Positions 40,760-49,381 of a DNA stretch of 64,000 nucleotides are shown here, piece after piece. This DNA comes from an uncultured Spirochaetota bacterium. GTDB taxonomy: Bacteria; Spirochaetota; Spirochaetia; SZUA-6; Fen-1364. Positions within the stretch are counted from its first letter, which is position 1. The number at the start of each line of letters is the position of its first letter. The notes under the pieces are model-generated. The model did no database searches, was not told the DNA's origin, and was given only the letters and a program-made list of their open reading frames with translations. Location of the stretch: the NCBI GenBank assembly GCA_963781885.1, contig CAWAHW010000002.1:480001-544000 (forward strand), given 5' to 3'. The position numbers and the translations under genes were made by a program.

Positions 40760-42460
40760 ATGCTCTTCGGAAAGTTTGACATCAATCCATCCACATCTCC
40801 CGGTGTGCTCGATACCGCCACGTGGGACCGCGCGGCTGCCGCGGCGGAGATACACCGGCACCGGGAGCGCTGGGCGTCCCTGTCGGATGCCGTCGGGGAT
40901 GCCGCCACCTCGCGTCGACCGGGAACACCCGAGGCGACCGTCATCAAGGTGTCCGGGTCCTCGCGCGAGGTGATCGCGCTTGCCGCCCTTTCCGACGGGC
41001 AGCGGGTCTTCCTCCAGATCGGTGGACTTTCGAAGGGCAGCGATCTCGGGCGCCCCTTCTTCCAGCTCCAGCTCCGCGAAAAACTCCTCCTGGCCGCCTA
41101 CCCCGCGGACGCGGCGGTGATCGATCGTTTCTGCACGACGCTTGCGCTTTCCAACGGGCCGCGCGCACTCGGTGGAACGCCGAGGCTGGGAATCGGCACG
41201 CGCATGACGACGCGGCTCTGGCCGGGCATATTCGCCGCCATGCAGCGGCACGGCTTTGCAGCGAATGCCATCCAGAACTCCGTGCGGGAGCTGAACCTTC
41301 TTTCGGATTTGACGAGCGGAGCCGCCCCCGAGCGCAACTACGCGAGCGGTTTCGGCACGATCGAAAGCGGGTACACGGGAAGCACATTCGAGGGCCTCTG
41401 GGTGGCGGGAGTCCTGGCGGCCCTGGAGTACGCGCATCCCCTGACCTATGGGGCGGACGCGGATCACATCCAGGTCAAGCGCGCCGACACCGGTCTTGCC
41501 CGCGCGCGGCGCGTGGTCGATGCCGCCCGGTACTACACGTTCTTCACGCTCGACGTGGCCGACGTGCTGGCCTACGACGCCATCGGTCGAACCGGTGCGG
41601 GCGACGAGCTTCTGCGTCAGAGCATCCCGGCGGACAAAGAGCGGCGCGACGTGCTTTCTTTCCATCGCCAGGCCTCCGGAGACGATCCGGACCTCATCGG
41701 CAGATGCGTGGGGAAGTTCTGGAGGGCGCTCGATGCCGCCGCTCGGCTTGCGGACCACATCGCAGCGTTGCGGGGCGCGGCGGGCTTCGACCTGGAGTTC
41801 GCGTTCGACGAGCACCCGCCCGAAATCGCGGGTCCGGCGTGCATCAGCAGCGACCAGGAGGTGGCATTCGTCGCCCGCGAAATCCGCAGGCGCGGCCTGC
41901 CGGTGACGCATATCGCGCCGAATTTCGGGGTCGAAAAGGGCTTCGACTATCGCCTTGCCGACGGCTATGCGGGACTCTCGACGCGCGTGGCGTCGCATTT
42001 CCGCATCGCCGAGGAGACAGGCTTTCTCCTGGACGTGCATTCGGCCGACGACCTCTCGGGCGAGGCGCGGCGCGCGATCCGTGGCGCCACGGGGGGCAGG
42101 ATGCACTTCAAGATCTCCCCCATGCTCCATTTCATCTTTGCCGAGACCGTGCGCGACAGGCATCCCGATCTCTTCCGCCGCTGGTGGGAGGACTGCCGGG
42201 CCTATGCCATGGAGGAAGCCCAGCGCGGATCCGCATTCGCGGCGGAATGTCTTGCACAGCTCCCCGCGCAGGCGGCGCCGTCACCCACGCAGGACGTCTT
42301 CCGCCATTTCTTTTTTGCCTATCCCGGTCGGCGCGACAGCGCGGGGCGTTTCATCAACCGCGAGGCATTCTACACGCTGCCGGCCGACACCTATGCCGAT
42401 TACCAGGAGAGGATCGCGGCCCACCTGGGCATGCTCGCGGAGGACCTCTTCAATTCCTAG
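40760..42460 (+). CDS. Tagaturonate/fructuronate epimerase (UxaE) family protein
   Basis: LGIGTR, QNSVRE, YGADADH, YTFFTLD, FDLE.AFDE, THIAPNF..EKG.DY, H.K. Confidence 0.7.
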   Translation: MLFGKFDINPSTSPGVLDTATWDRAAAAAEIHRHRERWASLSDAVGDAATSRRPGTPEATVIKVSGSSREVIALAALSDGQRVFLQIGGLSKGSDLGRPFFQLQLREKLLLAAYPADAAVIDRFCTTLALSNGPRALGGTPRLGIGTRMTTRLWPGIFAAMQRHGFAANAIQNSVRELNLLSDLTSGAAPERNYASGFGTIESGYTGSTFEGLWVAGVLAALEYAHPLTYGADADHIQVKRADTGLARARRVVDAARYYTFFTLDVADVLAYDAIGRTGAGDELLRQSIPADKERRDVLSFHRQASGDDPDLIGRCVGKFWRALDAAARLADHIAALRGAAGFDLEFAFDEHPPEIAGPACISSDQEVAFVAREIRRRGLPVTHIAPNFGVEKGFDYRLADGYAGLSTRVASHFRIAEETGFLLDVHSADDLSGEARRAIRGATGGRMHFKISPMLHFIFAETVRDRHPDLFRRWWEDCRAYAMEEAQRGSAFAAECLAQLPAQAAPSPTQDVFRHFFFAYPGRRDSAGRFINREAFYTLPADTYADYQERIAAHLGMLAEDLFNS

Positions 42461-42470
42461 GAGGCAGGCC

Positions 42471-43148
42471 ATGCAGGTATTTCTGGACAGCGCAGACCCT
42501 CGGGAGATCGTGCAGGCGCGCACATGGGGCGCCATTGACGGAGTGACGACCAACCCGTCCCTGATTTCCCGCGCCGGCCCCGACATGCAGAAGACGCTGC
42601 GGGCCGTGCTGGATGCATCGCCGGGACCCGTGCTCTGCCAGGCCATCGGGTGGGACGATCCTGATTCACTTTCGGGTCAGGCGCGTTGGCTGCACGCCTT
42701 TTCCGACCGCATCATTGTGAAGCTCCCGATGAGCCCGGCCGGCATCATGGCGGTCCAGAAGCTGAAGCGGGAATCACCGGGCATGAAGATCGCCGTCACG
42801 CTCGTCTCATCCATCGCCCAGGCGTACCTCGTGGCAAAGGCGGGCGCGGATATCGTGGCGATATTCAATGGGCCGCTGGAGCAGGCGCTGGACCAGGACG
42901 TGGACCTTGTCGCGCCCGTGCGCACGATGTACGCGAACTACGGCTTCGCAACGAAGATACTTTCGTGCGGACGCTACCCCCGATCCTTCGGGGACTTCGC
43001 GGTGGCCGGGACGGACATCTGCACCATGCGCTTCGAGTTCCTCACGCTTCTCTACGAGCATCCTTTCACGGAGAAGCGCATGCGCGGCTTCATGGACGAC
43101 TGGCGGAAGGTTTTCGCCGATCGGACGTGGCCGGTCGCGGGCGCCTGA
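42471..43148 (+). CDS. Transaldolase/fructose-6-phosphate aldolase family protein (divergent)
   Basis: FLDSA, GVTTNPSLI, Schiff-base IIVKLP, HPFT. Confidence 0.85.
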   Translation: MQVFLDSADPREIVQARTWGAIDGVTTNPSLISRAGPDMQKTLRAVLDASPGPVLCQAIGWDDPDSLSGQARWLHAFSDRIIVKLPMSPAGIMAVQKLKRESPGMKIAVTLVSSIAQAYLVAKAGADIVAIFNGPLEQALDQDVDLVAPVRTMYANYGFATKILSCGRYPRSFGDFAVAGTDICTMRFEFLTLLYEHPFTEKRMRGFMDDWRKVFADRTWPVAGA

Positions 43149-43149
43149 G

Positions 43150-43932
43150 ATGGGCGTGCTCGAGCAGTTCCGGCTGGACGACCGGGTGGCCGTCGTGACG
43201 GGCGGGGCGCGCGGCCTGGGCAGACAGCACGCGCGCGCACTCGCGGAGGCCGGGGCGCGCGTCGCCATTTGCGACCTGCTGGATGAGGCAGGCGAGCGGA
43301 CCCGCGCGGAGCTTGCCGCGATGGGGCGGGACGCATTCTACGGGCGCGCGGACGTGACCGCGGGCGGGGAGCTGGATGCCTTCGTCGAGGAGGTGATGCG
43401 CAGGTTCGGGCGCATCGACATCCTCGTGAACAACGCCGCCATGCCGTCGGAGGGCGTCTCGTTGTCGGACGTCTCCGATGAGCTGTGGCGGAAGATCGTG
43501 GATACAAATCTCTCCAGCATGTTCTACGTCGGCAAGCGCGTCGCCGCGCGCATGCGCGCCGCCGGCCGCGGCAGCATCATCAATATCGGCTCCATCAATT
43601 CCTTCATCATCAGCAACATCGCGCCGCGCCACAACGTCACCTACTGCGTGGCAAAGGCCGGCGTCGCGCAGCTCACGCGCGGCATGGCCGCCGAATGGGC
43701 GACGCAGGGCATCCGCGTGAACGCGCTCGCCCCGGGGTACATCCTCACCGACCAGACGGCCGCGAGCGCGAAGATACCCGAGGTCTACGCGCGCAACGTG
43801 GCGAACACCCCCATGGGCCGGTACGGGCGGCTGGACGAGCTTTCCGGCGCGCTGGTCTTCCTTGCGTCGGATGCCTCGTCATTCATGACGGGGAGCATCC
43901 TCACCCTGGACGGCGGCTACACGATCTGGTAG
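43150..43932 (+). CDS. SDR oxidoreductase (KduD/gluconate 5-dehydrogenase-like)
   Basis: TGGARGLG, NNA, YCVAK, VNALAPG, DGG. Confidence 0.9.
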   Translation: MGVLEQFRLDDRVAVVTGGARGLGRQHARALAEAGARVAICDLLDEAGERTRAELAAMGRDAFYGRADVTAGGELDAFVEEVMRRFGRIDILVNNAAMPSEGVSLSDVSDELWRKIVDTNLSSMFYVGKRVAARMRAAGRGSIINIGSINSFIISNIAPRHNVTYCVAKAGVAQLTRGMAAEWATQGIRVNALAPGYILTDQTAASAKIPEVYARNVANTPMGRYGRLDELSGALVFLASDASSFMTGSILTLDGGYTIW

Positions 43933-43938
43933 GCGGCG

Positions 43939-44793
43939 TCATCCCTTGAGGCCGGTCGTCGCCATTCCCTGGATGATCCGTCTCTGGAATATGTAGTAGA
44001 AAATGACCTGGGGGATCAGGACGATGATGACCGCGCGCATGACGGCCGCCACGTCCATCCCGTACTGCTGCTTGAAGAAGGCCGCCGCGAGCGGGATCGT
44101 GAAATTCCTGATATTGCTCAGGATGACCGATGCCAGCGTCCACTCGTTCCAGGCCCAGATGAAATTGAAGATGATGAGCGTCGTTATCACCGGCGCGATC
44201 AGGGGGGCGACGATCCCGAAGATCAGCTTGGGGAGGCGGCATCCATCCATGATCGCGGCCTCTTCCAGCTCCAGGGGAACCGACTTGAGACCGCCGACGA
44301 AGACAAGCGTGTTGAAGGGCAGCGATCCCGCGATATAGGGAAGAGGGAGGCCGAAGATGCTGTCGATGCCAAGGCCGATTGGCTTCAGCTTGAGCGCGAG
44401 CAGGTAGATCGGGAAAAGGACAATGAAAAGGGGAACCGCATTGCCCATCAGGAAGAGGAAATAGAAGAAGTTGCCGAATGCGGCGTGCCGGTGGTGCAGA
44501 CGGGCGATGGCGAACGAGCTCAGGAAGTTGATCAGGATGCAGCCGATCGTCGTGAGGGAGGCCACGATCACGCTGTTCTTGAACAGCGTGGGCATATGGG
44601 ACTTCGAGAAGGTGTCGGCGTAGAGGGAGAGGTCCCATTTGTTCGGCAGGCTGAGCGGCGCGTTGTAGATTTCGGTGTTTCCCTTGAAGGAGAGGATGAA
44701 GCCCCAGACGAAGGGAAAGATCATGAAGGCGCAGATGATGAGGGAAACGAGGATCAGCAGCAGGCGCGTCGGGATTGTGGTGCCACTCGACAT
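43939..44793 (-). CDS. Carbohydrate ABC permease (MalG type)
   Basis: ELEEAAIMDG, FIWAWNE, QRRIIQG. Confidence 0.92.
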   Translation of the reverse strand: MSSGTTIPTRLLLILVSLIICAFMIFPFVWGFILSFKGNTEIYNAPLSLPNKWDLSLYADTFSKSHMPTLFKNSVIVASLTTIGCILINFLSSFAIARLHHRHAAFGNFFYFLFLMGNAVPLFIVLFPIYLLALKLKPIGLGIDSIFGLPLPYIAGSLPFNTLVFVGGLKSVPLELEEAAIMDGCRLPKLIFGIVAPLIAPVITTLIIFNFIWAWNEWTLASVILSNIRNFTIPLAAAFFKQQYGMDVAAVMRAVIIVLIPQVIFYYIFQRRIIQGMATTGLKG

Positions 44794-44802
44794 GTTCTGC
44801 TC

Positions 44803-45756
44803 CTACGCCTCGACCCGCTTCGCGGTGATCCGCAGGAATCCAATGGAAAACACCATCATGACCAGGAACATGAGCAGCGCGACGGCCGATGCGTAGCCCG
44901 CCCTGCGCTCGGCGAGAAATATGTCGTACAGGAGGGTGCCGATATTGTGCGACTTGAAGTTCGGCTGGCCGTTGGTCAGGATATAGACGGTCTGCATGCT
45001 CTGGATGGCGTTGATGAAGACGTACACCGCGACGATCTTCAATGTCTCCTTGAGCATCGGCAGCGTGATGTAGCGGGTCTTCTGGGCCGAAGAGGCGCCG
45101 TCCATCTTCGCCGCCTCATAGAGCTCGGTCGGTATCAGCTTGAGACCGGCAAGAAAGAGCACCGAATAGAAGCCCAACGCTTTCCAGCTCTCGATGACGG
45201 CCACCGTGTAGGGTGTCAATGTCGGCCCGCCGATCCACTTGAAGGCAAGAAAGCCCATGTGATTGGCCTTGAGGAAGATGTTGAGCAGGCCGATCCCCGG
45301 ATCGACGACGAAGAACCATACGAGCGTGGTGATGATGGGCGATAGGATATAAGGCGTGAAAACCAGGAGCTTCACGACGCCGTTTCCCCGGAAATCCCTG
45401 TTGATGAAGAGCCCCAGCAGGAATGAAACGGGGAGGATGAGGGCAAGCTCGAGCACGGTGATGATGAGCGTATTCTTCAGCGCGATGGAGAGGTGGCCGT
45501 CGCTTGCCATCGATACGAAGTTGGCCACCCCGACAAACTTGCCGGGATAGAAGCTCGACTTGTCCGTGAATGCGATGGCCAGCGAGTAGACGATGGGATA
45601 CAGCACGTAGACGCAGAAAAATGCCAGGGAGGGAAGGAGCAGGAGGAGCTTTATCCACCGCTTGCAGTACATGAACACCGATGTCCTCCTCTGTTCTCCC
45701 GCGGCGGCCATTCGCGAGAGAGCCGAATCCTTGCGGATTCGGCTCTCGTTCATCAA
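44803..45756 (-). CDS. Carbohydrate ABC permease (MalF type)
   Basis: ELYEAAKMDGA, ITLPML, GYASA. Confidence 0.92.
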   Translation of the reverse strand: MMNESRIRKDSALSRMAAAGEQRRTSVFMYCKRWIKLLLLLPSLAFFCVYVLYPIVYSLAIAFTDKSSFYPGKFVGVANFVSMASDGHLSIALKNTLIITVLELALILPVSFLLGLFINRDFRGNGVVKLLVFTPYILSPIITTLVWFFVVDPGIGLLNIFLKANHMGFLAFKWIGGPTLTPYTVAVIESWKALGFYSVLFLAGLKLIPTELYEAAKMDGASSAQKTRYITLPMLKETLKIVAVYVFINAIQSMQTVYILTNGQPNFKSHNIGTLLYDIFLAERRAGYASAVALLMFLVMMVFSIGFLRITAKRVEA

Positions 45757-45775
45757 ATCGAACCCCGATGCCGGA

Positions 45776-47119
45776 CTATTTCGGCAGCTTGGGGATTACC
45801 TCGTCGATGGCGGCATCCATCTTGGCGAGCTCGCCCGGGATGTCGGCCGCGGTCATGGAGCCGTTCATGAGGCTGTTCTCCAGGTTGCCGCGGATCGTTC
45901 CCCAGCCCTGGGTCCACAGGTCACCGTTGGAACTCCACTGCCAGTAGGGCGCGTAGTCGGAGTTCATAAGACCTGTATAGGACTTATCCTGGATCATCGC
46001 AACCTGCTGCTTCATGATCGGTCCGAGGCCCGACATGTCGATCTTCACGTTCACGGGCATGATCGTGCCGACCTTCAGTGCGAGCTGTGCTCCTTCCGAG
46101 CTGTAGCGCCACTTGTTGAAGGCGACGATGGCCTTGAGCTTGTCCGGATCACTGGCGGCAGTCGCGCCGATCCCGAATGCGTTCCCGACCGACCGGACGA
46201 TCCGCTTCTGGTTGTACTTCTTCGCCACCGGGTCGGTGAAGGCGAAGCCGAAGTTGAACACGTAGTTCTTCTCCAGCGGCTGGCCGATGATCTTGCCCAG
46301 CTGATCGGAGGGAAGGGTGATCATCGCCGCGTTGCCGGCGTTGAACATGGCGCACATCTGGTCGAAGCTCATGGTGGCGTTGTCCTCGGGGAAGGCCCCC
46401 AGGGCGCGCAGCTCCGCCTCGCGGTAGTATGCCTGGCCGAAATCGGCGTCGACGGCCTTCAATGTGTGGTCCTTGAACACCGCCTTGGCCTGTTCCCAGA
46501 TCCCGTACTGCATGAGCCACGCCTGGTAGCCCCAGACCGCCCATCCTTCCTTGGATCCGTACGCGATCGTCACGACGCCGTTCTTCTTGAACGTCGCGAC
46601 GCAGTTCTTGAGCTGATCGAATGTGGTCGGTATCTTCAGTCCGTACTTGTCAAAGAGGGCCTTGTTGTAGACCCATCCCTGGACCTGCATCTCGGTGGGG
46701 AATCCGGCGATCTTGCCGCCCGCGCTGGTGAGGTTGGTCAAGGCGCCTTCCACGAAGGTTGCCTTGAAGGCCGGGTCATAGAAGGGAGTGCAATCGACGA
46801 CCGACGTGGTCCTGTTGAGGAAGTCGACTAGGTGGGTTCCGTTGTCCCAGAACATGTCGGGCATGGAGTTGGACTGGGCCATGATCTCAAGCTTCTGCTG
46901 CAGGGTGTCGTGGTCCACGATCTGGTAATCGACGGAGATGTTGGGGTACTTCTTCATGTAGGTATCGAGTGTCACCCCGACCATGTCCGTTTCCCGGCCG
47001 ATGAAAGTCATGTAGCTGAAGTTTACCTTCTTTGTGGTTCCCTGTGCCTGCGCCCCGACTGTGGCGGAAAGCGTCACAAGGCACAGCAGGACCAAGAGAG
47101 CGGTGACGAGTTTTTTCAC
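45776..47119 (-). CDS. Carbohydrate ABC substrate-binding protein
   Basis: Signal peptide, YNKALFDKYGLKIPTTFDQL. Confidence 0.9.
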   Translation of the reverse strand: MKKLVTALLVLLCLVTLSATVGAQAQGTTKKVNFSYMTFIGRETDMVGVTLDTYMKKYPNISVDYQIVDHDTLQQKLEIMAQSNSMPDMFWDNGTHLVDFLNRTTSVVDCTPFYDPAFKATFVEGALTNLTSAGGKIAGFPTEMQVQGWVYNKALFDKYGLKIPTTFDQLKNCVATFKKNGVVTIAYGSKEGWAVWGYQAWLMQYGIWEQAKAVFKDHTLKAVDADFGQAYYREAELRALGAFPEDNATMSFDQMCAMFNAGNAAMITLPSDQLGKIIGQPLEKNYVFNFGFAFTDPVAKKYNQKRIVRSVGNAFGIGATAASDPDKLKAIVAFNKWRYSSEGAQLALKVGTIMPVNVKIDMSGLGPIMKQQVAMIQDKSYTGLMNSDYAPYWQWSSNGDLWTQGWGTIRGNLENSLMNGSMTAADIPGELAKMDAAIDEVIPKLPK

Positions 47120-47300
47120 GGCAGACTACCTCCTTCTGATATTACGGTCGTCCAGGACGACCATTCGTGCAAAACACGGTGCTTCATTGCGCACATCATT
47201 CTTCCGTGCCGGCTCCCTCCTTTCCCCGGCACCTCCCCGCGGCCGGCCTGATCGTCGAACAGGCCGCCACAAGCCTCGTCGAGACGAGATGCCAGTGCAA

Positions 47301-47452
47301 ATCCTAAATCATCGCCCCCCATTGTCAACTGAGATTTCGCCAGACACTCGATAGAAATGTCCCCTCGCGCTCCGCGCGCGCCGCGCGGGAAGGACATTTC
47401 AATCGAGTCCGCGCGCCGATTCTTGATGACGGCGAGCCTCCGGCATTAAGGT
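47301..47452. promoter_or_regulatory. Divergent promoter region with an inverted pair of 17-bp motifs (copies 2 and 3)
   Basis: ACTCGATAGAAATGTCC (47346-47362) and GGACATTTCAATCGAGT (47392-47408); minus-strand TTGACA-16-TAGGAT (47328..47301); plus-strand TTGATG-18-TAAGGT (47423..47452). Confidence 0.8.
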
Positions 47453-47493
47453 GAGCCGAGCTTCCGCGTCACGACGCGATCGGGGGGAACATC

Positions 47494-48147
47494 ATGGGAA
47501 TGAAAAGGGACGTCCTGGACGCCCTGCACGAAAGCGGCGTCGTCGCCGTCATCCGCACGGAGAATCCACGCGACCTCGCGGCGGTGGCGCGTGCGCTGCA
47601 CGCCGGCGGGGTGCGCTGCGTCGAAATCACGATGACCGTGCCCGGCGCGCTGGACATCATCCGCGACGCCTGCGCCACGCTCTCCGGCATCGACGTGTTC
47701 ATCGGGGCGGGCACGGTGCTCGACGCGGTGAGCGCGCGGGCGGCCATCATCGCGGGGGCCCGGTTCGTCGTGGGTCCCGGCTTCGACCCGGAGATCGTGA
47801 AGACGTGCGCCCTGTACGGCGTCATGAATATGCCGGGCGCCTTCACACCGCAGGAGATCCTCTCCGCCTGGAAGGGCGGTGCGGACGTCGTGAAGGTGTT
47901 TCCGGCCGATCTTGGCGGTCCGGATTACATCAAGACGGTGCGCGAGCCGCTTCCCCAGATATCGCTCCTGCCGACAAAGGGCATCGACTTTTCCACCGCG
48001 GGGGCCTATATCAAGGCAGGTGCCTTTGCCGTCGGGGCGGGCGGCGCGCTGGTGAGCAAGGCGCTTATTGCCGCGGGGGACTACGATCGGATCACCGCCA
48101 ATGCGCGCGAGCTCGCCCGGATCGTGCGCGAGGCGAGGAAAGGGTAG
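47494..48147 (+). CDS. eda: KDPG/KHG aldolase, copy 1
   Basis: EITM, GAGTV, PGAFTPQE, VKVFP. Confidence 0.92.
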   Translation: MGMKRDVLDALHESGVVAVIRTENPRDLAAVARALHAGGVRCVEITMTVPGALDIIRDACATLSGIDVFIGAGTVLDAVSARAAIIAGARFVVGPGFDPEIVKTCALYGVMNMPGAFTPQEILSAWKGGADVVKVFPADLGGPDYIKTVREPLPQISLLPTKGIDFSTAGAYIKAGAFAVGAGGALVSKALIAAGDYDRITANARELARIVREARKG

Positions 48148-48151
48148 GCCG

Positions 48152-49195
48152 ATGAAGCAGGTTGCAACGGACCGCACGGTCGTGCTTTTCGGCGAGCTCA
48201 TGATGCGCCTGTCCACGAAGGGGCACGAGCGGCTCGTGCAGGCGCGCGAGTTCGACGTGATCTACAGCGGCGCGGAGGCGAATCTCGGCGTTGCCCTCAC
48301 CGGCTTCGGCGTGGAAAGCTTCATGGTGTCGAGCGTTCCCGACAACCCCGTCGGGCAGGCCTGCCTGAACTACATGCGACAGTTCGGTCTCAACCTGGAG
48401 CACGTCCGCCGCAATGGCCACCGCCTCGGCATCTACTTCGTGGAGACGGGGGCTGCGCAGAGGCCTTCCACCTTCCTTTACAACAGGGCCGGCAGCTCCA
48501 TCACGGAGTTGCGAAAAGGCGATATCGACTGGGCCCGCATCTTCCAGGGCAAGAGCTGGTTCCATTTCACGGGCATCACTCCCGCGCTTGCAAACAGCGT
48601 CGCCGACATCACCCGCGAGGCCTGCGCGGCGGCGGCAGCGGCGGGCGTGACGGTGAGCTGCGACCTGAACTTCCGCCGCAAGCTCTGGTCCCCGGAGAAG
48701 GCGCGCGCCGTGATAGAAGGGCTCATGGAATACGTTGACGTGCTCTTCACGAACGAGGAGGAGGCGGAGACGGTATTCGGCATTGCGGCACGGGGCAGCA
48801 ACGTGAAAGCGGGCACCATCTCGGCGCATGGATACGAGGACGTCGCGGTACAGCTCAAGGAGCGTTTTCATCTGGGCTATGTCTCCATCACGCTGCGGGA
48901 AAGCATCTCTGCGACGGCGAACAACTGGTCGGGCATGCTCTACGACGGCGCGCGGTTCTACACCAGCCGCACGTACCACATGGACCACATCGTGGATCGC
49001 ATCGGCGGCGGAGACGCCTACTCATCGGGCATCATCTACGGGCTCCTGACGGGTCAGGACCTCCAGGAGAGCGTGGAGTTCGCCGCGGCTGCATCGTGCC
49101 TGAAGCATACAATTCCCGGCGATTTCAACCTCGTCACCTTTGACGAAGTGCTCGCGCTCATGAAGGGCGATGCATCGGGCCGAATACAGCGCTGA
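48152..49195 (+). CDS. kdgK: 2-dehydro-3-deoxygluconokinase (PfkB family), copy 1
   Basis: FGELMMRL, GAEAN, DLNFRRKLW, DRIGGGDA. Confidence 0.9.
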   Translation: MKQVATDRTVVLFGELMMRLSTKGHERLVQAREFDVIYSGAEANLGVALTGFGVESFMVSSVPDNPVGQACLNYMRQFGLNLEHVRRNGHRLGIYFVETGAAQRPSTFLYNRAGSSITELRKGDIDWARIFQGKSWFHFTGITPALANSVADITREACAAAAAAGVTVSCDLNFRRKLWSPEKARAVIEGLMEYVDVLFTNEEEAETVFGIAARGSNVKAGTISAHGYEDVAVQLKERFHLGYVSITLRESISATANNWSGMLYDGARFYTSRTYHMDHIVDRIGGGDAYSSGIIYGLLTGQDLQESVEFAAAASCLKHTIPGDFNLVTFDEVLALMKGDASGRIQR

Positions 49196-49294
49196 AATAA
49201 GTTTTCTGGCGCCAAAAGGCGACGTTTTGCCTATAATTAAAAGATATTTCGTGAAAAAACAGTGAGAATCTCTCGAAAATAATCTTGTTAACAA

Positions 49295-49347
49295 TTGACA
49301 GATGACAGTTAATGATTTATCCTGCTTCCTCGATTGAACAAGTTCCC
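49295..49347 (+). promoter_or_regulatory. Sigma70 promoter of the transposase-like gene with a degenerate motif copy at the predicted start site
   Basis: TTGACA (49295-49300), 17 nt, TATCCT (49318-49323) in AT-rich DNA; CTCGATTGAA (49329-49338) is the reverse complement of 10 nt of motif copy 3. Confidence 0.7.
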
Positions 49348-49381
49348 TTTTTACACGGATGTCCGTGGGGAGGCAGTTGCC

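Noticed and set aside
47346-47408. Standalone MITE
   Set aside because: The inverted pair lacks TGT...ACA termini and target duplication, and single copies elsewhere sit at fixed promoter spacing; an IS-scar origin remains possible
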